DNA from: Cercozoa sp. M6MM
Taxonomy: Eukaryota > Protista > Endomyxa: Ascetosporea
DNA: 64,000 bases
Direction: 5' to 3' (one strand)
Assembly: GCA_040357565.1 (NCBI GenBank)
Contig: JBDODJ010000010.1
In this document: piece after piece, positions 49,825 to 61,995 of the stretch
Layout of the letters: each line of letters begins with the position of its first letter
Numbering within the stretch: position 1 is the stretch's first letter
Notes under the pieces: model-generated
The model's input: only the letters and a program-made list of their open reading frames with translations
The model's database searches: none
What the model was told of the DNA's origin: nothing
Position numbers and translations under genes: made by a program

Positions 49825-52060
49825 TCACTTGCTCTGGAATACCATTAACGAACGGTAATTGCAGCACTGACAAAGTAAAAAAAAAAACGAAGCAAGTATC
49901 AATACCTTCTTGTTGCGCGCCTTGAAAGCCGACAAACCGGTGATGGCACGACCCGTCACGAGTGTGTTGACCTCGTAAGAGCCCTCGTAGCTGTAGAAAA
50001 TAACAACTGTGGCTTAGGAGGGCAGGAAAGGTTTAAAAAGTTACGTGTAGACGGCCTCCATATCGCAGAAGGATTTGGCGACGCCGTACTCAAGCACAAT
50101 GCCATTGCCACCCACCACCTGAGGTTGAGGATTAAGAAGGTACAGAACGACGGACAGAAGAAAATCTACCTCGCGAGCCAGCGCGACGACTTCACGGCCA
50201 CGTAGTGAATTCCAAGCCTTGACCTGTCGTGCGCACCATGTATGACGCGGACAAAGAGAAATATGTCGTAAGAAGGCAAACCATGGTGATGTGCTCCATG
50301 CGTGCCGTGCCTTGCTCGACCATACGCGTCACTCGCTCAGCCAGCAGCCACATCGCCTGAATCGTGCCTACGCCGACAATACATACACATCGACAACAAG
50401 CTCCTTTGGCACACACCAACTGTACAAACGCAAACGCACCGAGCATGCGTACAAGTTTCTCCTGCATGAGCTGGTAGGCCGCCAGTGGCGCGCCGAATTG
50501 CGTGCGCTGTTTTGCATATCAGATCGTTTCAGGGAAAAACGGAGGTAAAGGAAGCGAAGCGATACCTTCTTGAGGTAGGCAAGGGCCGCATCGTACGCAC
50601 CCATGCAGATTCCGACCTATACATGCGTGCTTGGGGTAGAAGAATAGAGGGACGAGCAAACAGTTTACAGGCAGCCAGCCGACAAAGACGCGCGAGAGCT
50701 GCAGCGCCTTGCCGACACCAGTAGCAAAGGTGCGACCCTTGGGCATTACGTTGCGGTCCGGCACGAACACCTGTCCGCAAGAGAGATAATATCAGAAAAC
50801 GAACTAATAAGTAAGTGGAAAAGGAGGTATACCTTGTTGAAGGTCATGTGCGCGTTCTGCACCATGCGCAGCGCGATCTTGTTCTTGATCGTGCGCAGCG
50901 TGAGACCCGGGGCACCGCCTTCGACAATGAAGCCTTGGACTTGGTTCGTCTGGTCGTTACGCTACGCACATTGCATCGATACAGGAGCAAACGGAGGTAG
51001 GGGAGAGCTACCGCCCAGACAACGATAACGTCGGCTAAGGTGCCGTTGCCAATCCAACGCTTCTTACCTAATGATTTACACGAGCATAGGAGCTGGGGTC
51101 AAGCAAAGTAGGAATTATACCACTGATCTCATAGCCACCGGGAACCTTTCGCGCAATCGTTTGCAGCGAAGATGCGTCGCTGCCAAAATCCGGCTCCGTC
51201 AGGCAGAAGCAGCCAATCTTTTTGAAGGACTGAGCAAAACGGTGAAAGAAGTAAAGAGCAAAGAGGAGGTAAAGGAAGTAAAGAACAAAGGGTAAAGAGG
51301 GTAAAGTGAAGTAAAAAGCAAATACGGTCATGTCGGTAAAGAAGCGCTGCTTCTGCTCCTCACTGCCGCAAATCGCGATAGACTCCATCGCCAGGCCACT
51401 ACGTGCAAAGCTTGAGTAAATGCGGTTTGGCTTAAAGGGTTAAAGAAAGAGAAATACCCATGCACCATGTACAGTGTGGCCACAGAAGCGTCCACACGCG
51501 CCATTTCAGTGCACGCCATCGCGGTCTCCATCAACGCTGCTCAAGAAAGGGGCGGGTTGGAGTAGGAGTAGGAACAACAAAAAAAAAGAGCGGACTCAAG
51601 CCGGGTGCTCCGTAGCCGCCAACACAACCACCAACGAGTCCTGTTGCAGCCAGTTTCGGCAGCAGGTGGGTCTGCGCAATGAACAGGATAAGGAGGGAAC
51701 GAAATAACAAGAAAGGGCGGAAAAGGTACCGGGAATTTAGCCTCGTCCACCATGTCGTCAATCTTGCCGCGCACCTCGGTCTCCATGAAGTCGCGCACCT
51801 TCTTGCGAATCGCACGCTCACCTTCCGTCAACTGCACGGGTCGCACAAGCAGCAAGGTCACAACATTTGCAACACATGGCGACAGCTGGCAGATACGTTG
51901 GCATCGAAGTTGATAAAGTCGCTTTCAGGGGGGAATTCGCTGCAGAAGAAACCACACGCTAAAAAGAAGATCGAGCTGTCCTCACTTGTCTTTCTGTCAC
52001 ATGTCCTTACGTTGGCAGGTGCGGCAGCTCGGCCTTGCCCTGGGTGCGATCCACCGACAT
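49825..52060 (-). CDS. Acyl-CoA dehydrogenase-fold enzyme, ACX4 (short-chain acyl-CoA oxidase)/GCDH-like; 3' end approximate
   Basis: [31 protein letters not shown]; EMARVDAS; [17 protein letters not shown]; KRWIGNGT; [17 protein letters not shown]; GGNGI; [18 protein letters not shown]. Confidence 0.88.
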
Positions 52061-52550
52061 GAGACGATTCTCCGGTCCTGAAGTCAAGTACTTGTTGGCT
52101 GACTTCCACAAAATTGGTCACTTTGCCCGCAAAACGCCACCACCCAGAAAATCAAGAAAAGGTCCAAAACAAATGCAATGAAGGGCAGCGACTTGAACGC
52201 ATAAATGCCACAGTGCACACACTGTCACGGTGTAGTGCAAAAACCAGCAGAAAGCTCGGCAACAAAAAAGTGAAACTGTATTTTAGCATGCAGGCTGGTC
52301 ATACCAAAGTCTGGAATATTGTAGAATTATGCGTACGAGCTTGTGGAAATGGCAGTTCACTGCTTGACAAAATAGCAATACTTGTATTTTTTCCTGCACA
52401 GCGATTTTGTTTGTACAGTCCAGGTGGGACAAGGCTGTGCAGGGTAAAGACGATCAATCACCTCCTGGAGGTGCCATTGTCAGCAAACACACGTGTGCGC
52501 ATAGCGGGTCCCTCTGAGTTACTGTATTAAAGTCCTTTGCATTTTCGACG

Positions 52551-54856
52551 ATGCTGTCATCCGTGCCACCTTCGCGCTCGAGCAGCTTAGCGGCGCAGGT
52601 ATTGTACGTGTCGCTTGTATTGGGTAAAAGTCAAAGGCATCTGTTTGACTGTAGCTAGGTCGCCTGATTGGCAATTTGCGACGCGGCAAGGCGCCCACAT
52701 CGAGGACACAATGGGCCTTGTTGATGTGCTTCGTTGTGACGGGTCTGTTCGTGCTGTCGTCGGTGATATCGGCGCTTTCAGGCACAGAGACTAAGCTTCC
52801 CACAAACACACACAGCGTGGCAGTCTCCACATTTGGGGCACAGGTGGGTCATGCTGGATATACCTTTGCGTTTGGGAACGAGATTGTCACGTCAGGGCCA
52901 CCCGTCGAAACGACACAAGGAGCTGTTTAGAGCCGAACCTATTCTGGTACCCTATGTTTGGTTCGATTACTCATTGCTACCTCTGATATTCACAACATCG
53001 CCAGTGGCCGAGCAAGAAGGCACAGCAGCGGCAGGCGACCGTGTTCGTCGGCATTCCGTCCTTTCGCGACTCACTGTGCTTCCGTACCGTGCAGTCGTTG
53101 TTTCGCAAGGCCAAACATCCGCACCGCTTGCGTGTTGGCATCTACGACCAAGTATTGCGATTATTTTACTTTCCCTTATTTCGTTATTTACCTGATGTGC
53201 AGGTGGACCCACACGAAGGCGACGTGCCTTGCTCGCACTTTGTCGATGTCTGCAATGATGTACCCACTTCAGGAAGTTAGAAGGGTCTGCAGAAAGGAGA
53301 GTACACCGTGTACACGCAGGAAAATGAGAAAGACAGGGGCGCTGAGTGCGACCACATCGCCAATGTCGTAATCGAGGAGGTCGGCTCTTCAATGGCCACG
53401 GGCGTTCCCACCGCGCGCTACCAGATGGAGAAATTACTTGGTATATGCGCTTTTTTGTGTTTGTACTTCACTTTCGTTCCTCCATTTCTTGTGCAGACAA
53501 TGACTCAGAATTCTTTGTTCAAGTCGATGCTCACACCATATTTGATCCCGGTACCGATATCAGTATCACATACAGCCGATGAGATCCCTTTACTCTCGCA
53601 CAGAGTGGGACACGCGAATGATCGCCCAGTGGCAGAACACGGAAAATGAGTTTGCCGTGCTCACAGTAACTGTAGTTTCCTGTTCTCCCATTCACCTATG
53701 ATCCCGTCCATGAGCAGCACTACCCCAACGTTGCCGACTACAGCGACGATGACTATAAGCGCGCCAACTCGCTCAGGTAGAAAGAGACTTTGCCTCTGAA
53801 CCAACCTTCCAATATTCAGCGACGCTTAGTGTGCTGTGCGGGGCCAAGACTAAGGGTGCCATGAACGGCTTCACCAAGTGGAGTGGTCAGGTAGCGCATG
53901 AGCCAACCTTTTTCTGATCCTGCTGGTCCTTCGTGTTTCGTTTACCCCCTGAGTCTCCATTCAGGTGTGGAACAAACGCACGCTAAAGTCTCCCAAAGAT
54001 GTGCCTATTTTGATGCCGTTCTGGGGCGGCGGTCTTTCCTTCAGCAAGGCGCACCGTGTGCGCAACGTTCCCTACGATCCACGACTTCTTTTCGTGTACC
54101 CTTTTTCCTCCATTGTTCCCTACGATCCACGACTTCTTTTCGTGTACCCTTTTTCCTCCATTGTTAATTTTTTGCTCACTTTGCCGATCAGTTTTGATGC
54201 CGATGAGTTGACACTTTCAGCGCGCCTCTTTACAGTAAATCCCACCCACTTTAACTCTAAAGTTACGTTACCTTCCTGCCGATCAGACGGGGTACGATTG
54301 CTATGCGCCCACGGAGAACCTTGTGTACCACTATTACGCCTCGGCGGTCAAGCGTCCGCACGTCTGGGACGAGGGTTGGGACATCAAGTCCAAGGTAGCT
54401 TCCCGTGCTAGCCTGACCATCTTTCTTTCCCGCCTAGGTATCCCTTTCGTTTTTCACCTCCAGACCAACAAGAAGTCAGCCGAGCGAGTGCATGCGCTCT
54501 TCGGCATGCCGGTCGACTCGATGAAACACCCGGATACCAGCGAGGTGGCCGTTGGCGAACTTTACGGCCTCGGACAAGCGCGCACTCTGCAGGATTTTTG
54601 GCAGTTTGCGCGCATGGATATAACTGTGAGTTTGTAACTCTCGGTGTCTGCATACCCGCTCAGACACAAATCTTGGGTTACAAGTGCAGAAGAATCCACC
54701 CGAGACGACTGACTTCTGTGCTGACATGGCGGCCAATCCACTCAAGGTAAACTTAAACTGTGCCGACTGTGGGTGTGTCAAGGAATTGGATTTTCCGGTC
54801 CACTGCAGCTGGCGCCCTATCAGCGAGATCCTGCCGAGGTTAACCACATCTACTAG
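52551..54856 (+). CDS. GT60 polypeptide alpha-GlcNAc transferase-like protein (Gnt1 family), type II membrane
   Basis: N-terminal TM; VFVGIPSFRD; LRVGIYDQ; QVDAHTIF..WD; PFWGGGLSFS; PYDP; E...SARLFT.GYD.YAP...YHYY; YGLG..RTL..F. Confidence 0.88.
54067..54162 (+). repeat. Perfect 48-bp tandem duplication spanning an exon/intron junction
   Basis: Two copies of GTTCCCTACGATCCACGACTTCTTTTCGTGTACCCTTTTTCCTCCATT. Confidence 0.95.
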
Positions 54857-55097
54857 TTTTCGTTCCGCACCGTCGGCCATTCAGTTTCTCGTCTGCTCAA
54901 CATACGATGGATATCGCATCACTACACAGCACTCGCACACACGCTGATGCTGGTCCAATCACTGGTAACTCAGTCGCCTGCACGGTACAGTACGTCCCAC
55001 TGCGCTGAACAAAAACCGAACTCCGCCAGATGCCAAACTGTTCCATCAGCTAGTGTGACGCACGCGAGCAGAGTTAATTTCGTTGTGTTTCGAACGA

Positions 55098-56250
55098 ATG
55101 CGAGAGTCGTTTGGCAGCGCGCCGCTTCGCGGCACCCGCAAACAGGGCGACGGTATGGTCAAAGCGCTGGGGCGCCGCGTGCCGCAGCTGCGCTTCAAGC
55201 ATTACACAGCATTCCAATACGTGGCGCCGCGTGCTGTTGATGCTTTAGCTGTACCCAGTTAATCTATTGTTTCTTTATTCCCATTTATTCTCTGGCCTCC
55301 AGGAGATGAAGAAGGACGGAAGTGCGCCTGTCATCGTGTTTCCGCAGTACGCGCACTTTTCGTGCACTACATCGAGCTCGTCACTAAACGAGCTCTTCTC
55401 GCTGTCTGATATTCAGGGTACACTCTCGTAACCTGTGAAGCTGTCTCCCCTTAATCTCTTGCCTTGTTGTTCTTCGCAGACATGGACTGCTCCCTCATTG
55501 ATCGCTGGCACCTCCACGAGGTGTGTCATCCTCTTTGCTCTGCTGACCGATATTTATCCTATCTCTTTGACTTCTTTCCATCGCGTCGCCAGGTCTTTTT
55601 GACGGCAGCAGCCCAGCGTATCATTGACTCCTACGAGCACGAGCGTGATGAGGACCCTCTCGTACTGTTCTCGGCACACTTCGTGCCAATGCAGACCGTC
55701 TTGAAAGGTGTGTGTCTGTCTGTGTTTTGTCGCTTTACCTTCTTGCACCCTATACCTTAGCTCTCGTTATCATATCTTGTCTTCAGGTGACGCTACGTTG
55801 GTGAGATTGCCGCCTCTGTCAAAGGTGTCATGCACTTGTCAACAGCACCTGGTACACACTCCACGTTTGTCATACACATCCTACCAAATTACTCACGCTT
55901 TCCTCAGAAAAAACAAGGCAAGCCGCACTTGCGACATCTCTTGTCATGGCAGAGCAAGGTGAACACAGTGAGCCTTTTTGCTTCACTTCCTTTTTATTGT
56001 ATGGTAGGTCGGCTTCATGCCGTGGATGGCGCCGTCCGCTGAGACAGTTATCGAACAGGTAATGAGCTCCACATACACAACACACACGCGCGTGCACACC
56101 TCGTGTACCTCCCGTGTTTAGCTGGGTGCACAAGGCTGTCAACTTTGAGTTGCAGTAACACGACACGACAGAACAAACCCGTTCGGTCATGAAATAGGAC
56201 GTGCTGCCGTGCACAGCGCGGCCGATAGGCTATCTTACGGACGCATAAGT
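55098..56250 (+). pseudogene. FECH: Truncated or decaying ferrochelatase
   Basis: KQGDGMVKAL..HYTAFQYVAP; EMKKDG..VFPQYAHFSCTTSSSSLN; SLIDRW; LFSAHFVP..V.KG|DRY..EI; LSWQSK|VGFMPWMAP. No N-terminal LNMGGP region found. Frame ends LGAQGCQL-stop (~56148). Confidence 0.7.
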
Positions 56251-56374
56251 CAACCTCAATCGATTTACGTTTCTGTCACTTGAATGCTTCGGTTGGCAGT
56301 GACCGTACGTTCAGTTACTGGTCAGGTTACTCAGGTACTAGTTAACCCAGGTTGTCCCAACGCAAGATGTCCTG

Positions 56375-56480
56375 GCCTCCACTCTAAGCGGGGACGGTGA
56401 ACTACGCTACGGCCATGCGCTTGTGACCCACCCAGGACTGACTGGTACAGGGAAACTACATACTGTAGTAGTTGAAAACT
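56375..56480 (+). mobile_element. Old degenerate copy of the LINE 3'-end repeat
   Basis: CTAAGCGGG..CGGT..ACGGCCATGCGCTTGTGACCCACCCAGGACTG..GGGAAACTACATA. Confidence 0.7.
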
Positions 56481-56616
56481 ACCGTTCTTAGTCTCCTGAC
56501 GCGAAGTGGCGACGTTTACCGTACATACCATACCGTGCGGTCGTCGCGTGGTGCTACGGTAGTAGCTAGTCAGGTATAACAAACGGAAATCAATGCAACC
56601 AGTGAAAGCGACGCGA

Positions 56617-56665
56617 GCCGGAGAAGCTGTGGGCCGGAGAAGCTGTGGGCCGGAGAAGCTGTGGG
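56617..56665. repeat. 16-bp tandem repeat (GCCGGAGAAGCTGTGG) x3
   Basis: Direct reading; lies just past the stop of a minus-strand gene. Confidence 0.9.
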
Positions 56666-56669
56666 AGCT

Positions 56670-57420
56670 TATTCTGGCTGCTGTTGCTGCTGCCGCTGTA
56701 GCCGTCGCTGTCGCACGCGTTTCACGGCCTCCTGCTGCACATGCTCGATTTCTTCAGGCGTCAACTTGCCGGCGCGCATAGCGTTCTCAGCTGCAAAAAT
56801 TGGGTCCACCGAAAGTAATACTGTTCAAGAAAAGCCAAATGTACCGTTTAGCAGCTGCAAGTTGTCCTCGGCAACGGAGATTTCGACATTCGCGTCGCCG
56901 CCGCGCGAGCCGTATCGGTCGTCCAGCACAATACGCCTGGGGGAGGGGTAATGAGGCACAGTGTAGAATTTTAATTCAAAGTACCAGTCGCGGCCAAATT
57001 CAAGTTCCATTTGTCGCTCGCCCTCCCTGTACGTCACTTCGTATGGCTCACCGTGGAATACCTGAGCAAAACGATCCATCTGTGAAACCGCTGTCCAGAA
57101 TGTTAAAAACCTCACCAGGTAAAGCAGCAAAGGCGATCCCATGACGACATAGAGCCATCTACAGAAGTCCAGTAATTATGGCTAGCAGGGGGAGCAAATC
57201 ATGGCACCCAGCGTGCAGGCGCAGCTTTGTTGACATTCGCGTGTAAGTGAGTCGCTTTTTTGCACCCAGCAATCTGTGTATGAATCAGAGGATACACCAG
57301 CCGGGTGCAAAATGGGGTAGTTACTGGGAATACCGGAGAACATTCTCCATAGAATTGTGGACCAAACGCGACATCTTGGATTGGCGGACTGAAAATCTCG
57401 CAAGCTAAACAACACAAGCG
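56670..57420 (-). CDS. Hypothetical protein
   Basis: Exon MDRFAQVFHGEPYEVTY...DNLQLLN followed by ENAMRAGKLTPEEIEHVQQEAVKRVRQRRLQRQQQQQPE-stop. No family recognised. Confidence 0.5.
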
Positions 57421-57858
57421 CAGTTTTTAATCCGCCGATCGGAACAAGCTACAGTTTTTAAACAAGCTGTACGATACACGCAACGTACACACACGCGCAG
57501 CACTGCACAATAATGAGCTCTTTACCGCAAACTGCTAGTTTTCTTTCATCAATTCACCCCCATCCCAGCACTCATTGAGGTTTCGCGTAAATACTCTGAA
57601 GTAAAGCAGTAGCACCAACGAAAAATACTCTGAAGTAAAGCAGTGTGAGCTGGGATACATTAATGTGATGTCACGTCACATTAATTTGAGCTGCCTCCAC
57701 ATCCAACGTGAGCTGGTGTCACATGTTCCATGTGGCTTCTGTATTTACTCACTAGCTGTGAATGCCCGACCAGCGTACGTAGCCGGACTATCCCTGTCGC
57801 TATTCCCGTCTACATAGACTGGACACCAATACACACGCACCGCAGCACGGCAAAAAAA

Positions 57859-59150
57859 CTAGTGGAATCCAATGTGTGAGAAGATACGTGGGTAAGCTGG
57901 CTCTGGTTGAAACACGGGCGCGGGTAGAGACGACTCGTGCAAGACTGCATGTGTCGATCCGATCACCTGTACACAATCCGCATTGACAGTAAAACCAAAC
58001 ACATATTGTGTGGTTGAATGTTGTGCCTCGTCGTGCAGCATGTCAAGTGCCTGCGAGTGCGAGTGCCGTCTCATCACCGCGTGCACTTCCAGCAGTCCCT
58101 GTGGCACATGTGGTGGGGTTGCGGGTGGGGGGGGGGGTGGGGGCTAGCAGTTCGAACCTCGTAAACGATTAGGTTTGCGAGTAGAATTAGGACGCCCCAC
58201 AAACACTCAAAGTACATGCTTGCTACAGTACCGCAATATGCAACGTTACAATGCAAATCAATTATTGCAGTGGTACACGCGACACCGACGCCAAAGAAAG
58301 TGCCAGCAACAGCACAAGTCAACGCCATGTGCACTCGCACCATAACCGTTAGAAGCTGCGCGTACACGTAGGGCAAGTGCGAGGATGAATAAAGGAACAC
58401 GTCGCCTGCAGCCGCTCCTGCAGACACGGGCATGTAAAGTGCAGTTACTGTATCAAAATCAAGGTACGTAGTGAGGAGATCTCTCGCTCGATCACAGAAA
58501 TAGAGGACTGCCGCGTCACGATAAGTGACTGTTGGGCAGCCTCCGCCAACTGAGTCACCCACCTTTAAAGTAGACCGCAAAACACTGCAGCGACTGACCA
58601 CAAGTATCGAAGCAGTACCAAGTTCGTCATCCACGAGTGTACAAGCGTTGGCATCGTTGTCGCTTCCACCTTACTCAGACGCGCTTGCTCGTCCACTGCA
58701 CCAAACAAGACGTGCAAACTTGCTTTCCCAGATCACAATTGAATGAAGGCAAACATACATCTAACCAGACCCTTGGTGCGCAGTTTGTCCAAGTGTGACA
58801 CTTGTTTACTTGCTTGTGTCTCCCCTGCGACAAGTCACTGTGTTTTCCATGCTTAAAAGTAGCAGCGGGTAACTTGTACCCAAAGAAGGCGATCGTGCGA
58901 GATCGAAATGGAGTTCAGTACTATCGATTTCGACATCAGTCTCGGAATTGGCCTCGTCGCCATTAATGTGAAGATTCGACAAAGCCACAGATCTACAGTT
59001 TCGACAGGTGTGAGCCATTTCAGACAAGCATATATTATTTGCGTGAGAACATACTGCAGCAACGGTTGCTCACTTCCCTCGTATTCTTCGATCTCATCCT
59101 CGCTACATAACATCACGCGCTTTATGCGGCACAATGACAGAAAGAAAAAT
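57859..59150 (-). CDS. Hypothetical multi-exon protein (may be the 3' part of the upstream voltage-sensor gene)
   Basis: Chained minus-strand ORFs with a hydrophobic segment (LWGVLILLANLIVY). Confidence 0.35.
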
Positions 59151-59219
59151 TAAGCACTGTTTCTCGTCTTTTCTGTCATTTTTGGTCGGTAGCGACATGT
59201 GAACCAGCGCGAAGCTGCA

Positions 59220-61248
59220 AGAAAGATTATTCGCACAAAGGAACCATTGAGAAATATCTAACTTGGGGCAGCACCATAGATTGAGCAGACGAATGAACTC
59301 GCCGCGGAAATATTTAGCTTTTGCTGAAGCTTCGCGTTCCTAAAAATGCACAAGTGTGCACAACACGTCAAAAAATCGAGACTCAATGAGGAAGCACCGT
59401 CGTCCGAGGTGCCACGAGAGCGCAGGCAGAAACAGCCACAGATACGGTTTTCTTCGCGAGACCTGAAGCATATACAGATCCGCCTAGATCCACATAAGTG
59501 TACTTATGTACTGTTGAATGCGACTAGCACTTGCCACCTATACAACTACACGATAGTGGCACCTACGAACATTTTGGATACCAACGGTACCATCGATGAA
59601 ACGTTTGCTGTACAAAGTTGCCCAACAGAAAGGCAAGCGCGCTGCCGAACAGAAACCCTCTACAAAACAGAGTTTACATGCAAGATGTGCACAAGAGAAC
59701 AACGCAGATAGAATGTCACCTGTCAACTGAGATTCGCGGAGCGCACAAGCCCGTGCATACTTTCACACTGTTGTGACAGTGCACGATAAATGAGACGATA
59801 AATGAGCCGATCACAAAAACTGTCAAGCGTACTCATCGAGGTCTTGTTTGTCCGTACTGGCGACACAGTGTGTGTCACACAACAGACTACAGCAATCATA
59901 CAACTTCCACCGCGACACGTCAAAACATAAACGTAAACGTACACAGCATAGCCCGCAGTAAACAGCACGTAGATCAGGAAAAAGACGCCCAGTCGACGGC
60001 TGCTTAGTGCCGAGTAGGCTACCTGTAGGGCAAAGTAACATACGACACAACACACCGAGTTGCAACTAACGCACGTTGAAAGCAAAGCCAATTGAAAAGA
60101 GCGTGTCGGCGTCGTAATTGACGACACGATTTAAACCGTCCACCAGCAAGGCAGCTGCCAAGTTTCGTAAACATACAACACATACCACACAGACGCAAAC
60201 AATTGCATAGTTTGTGCACCGTCATCCGAACTGGCGGCGAGTGTGCTTCGATACTGCGAGATCACTCTGCATCCTCCCATTAGATGCTTGTTTCAACAGA
60301 TACACAAAATTGAACAGCAGTGTACACATTAAGCGACTTCTTGATGCGCCACAGACGGTACACGCGCAAAAGCCGCAACACCCTGCACACAACAAGCAAA
60401 CAAGGAGATGAGACAGAGAGACGGAGAGTGACGGAGAGAGAGAGAGATGTGCAGAGAGAGAGAGTACATTAAGAGGAGCGGGACGGTTGAAAGCTCGGAA
60501 GACGAGGCAGACCACTCTCCATCGGATACAAAGTACACGAGCAACGCAATGTCCAAAATGGCCACGAATCCGTCGATGCAGAAACTGTAGCTGCGCAGTC
60601 GAGACGCTGCAAGTGGGTTTAAAAATGATTTGATAGAACTCATTGGGGGGACACGGGAGATACACAAACGGAGTCGGAGCAAGCGCACAAGGCGTATTAC
60701 AACGTCCAACACAAACACCGAACTTAGGACAAGATCCTGCAAAGGAAGTGAAAAGCAGCGAAAGTACTCGCAACGATGCTTTACCATCCAAAACAGCACG
60801 ACCGGGCCATGAATATTGCCGCTGAACTTCTCCTGCGGTTGCCCATCTTAAAACTCCTGAGTGTGGGCAAACAATTTTACCTTGTGTAGTGCGTAACCTG
60901 CGAGGCGTAGTGTCACTGTAAGGATAGAAAACAGCACAAGGCATGCGTGCAAAGCCGCAATGCGATAGCCTGCCGTCGCTTGTCGGAACCACAAAACTAC
61001 AAATACGTACAAACACAGCACGCATGATACATGAATAGGATAGAATACAATGGTATCGACGGCGGCGTAATTGTGCTTCATGTCTCGTCTGAGGAAACAA
61101 GATTAAATCTCTCCACGATATCGGCGTTTTCCGTGCGCGCTCGTACTACCTTAAAAGCGTCGCGTTTCACTTTTAATAAGCTCTGCCGCTTTCGTAAATC
61201 CTCTAACGTTCGCTGTCTGCTTGACACACGAATGTACAGGACACCGAG

Positions 61249-61305
<57 letters not shown>

Positions 61306-61410
61306 TATACCTGCGAACGGCTTGCTGGCGCAACAACGCGTCTGCACAACAAAAACTCTTGACTTACCATCAGTCATACATTCAGTCGCAGTGGCAGTGT
61401 GAGGCACCAA
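59220..61410 (-). CDS. Voltage-sensor-domain (Ion_trans-like) membrane protein; ends uncertain
   Basis: S1 HACLVLFSILTVTL; S2 FWM|DLVLSSVFVLDVVIRL; S3 FCIDGFVAILDIALLV; S4 RVLRLLRVYRLWRIKK (~60335-60385); further TM-like exons at ~59950-60020 and ~59600-59660. Confidence 0.65.
61252..61299. repeat. (GA)n microsatellite
   Basis: Direct reading. Confidence 0.95.
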
Positions 61411-61995
61411 TGTTCGGTTGCATGCCGCATGCTACGTGTTAAAATACTTTACGCGCGGGCCTGGTGTCGGGTTGAAAATGATCGAGAAATTGGGTCAAGA
61501 ATCTGTCAATGTTTCTGCGGTTTTGTATATTTCCGCGCGAAGGCTGGCGTTTCTCGACCACAAAAAAAGAAAATAGGTCAAATATTCGGGGTTTTTCGGA
61601 ACTTGGGATGATTTAGGGCATCTTTTCCTCCAGGTACTCTGCAAGCACGGTGTCACGTGAGTTCATTCGTCGTCTAACACTTGAAAGGAACAAAGTCTCG
61701 CGATTCCATCACCCAAATGAGCAAGCTACATCTGGGGTTTGGACAAAGCGGTATTCTATTTACTTTCAAACGTCTGTCTTGATGTGACTGGGAAGCCATA
61801 GTTGTTGTATTTGGGCAGGGTTGTGTCCTCAAAGTTCAACACAGTTGAAACATGAATACGACAAGCAACTTGCCGCAGTGTATCAAGTTTCTATCAACAC
61901 TTTGACTATCTTCTTCGACTCTATAGCATTCTTTCGGCATATACAGTAGTGGACTTACATCGTTACGCGAATCATACCGAAACTGTTCAAGGAGC

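Noticed and set aside
56617-56665. Short direct repeats (also the 22-bp repeat at 57589-57644) as CRISPR-like arrays
   Set aside because: Only 2-3 units, no series of unique spacers, no cas genes, eukaryotic context.
57659-57685. 10-bp perfect inverted repeat ATTAATGTGA/TCACATTAAT
   Set aside because: Single short AT-rich hairpin with no second copy or context; compatible with chance.
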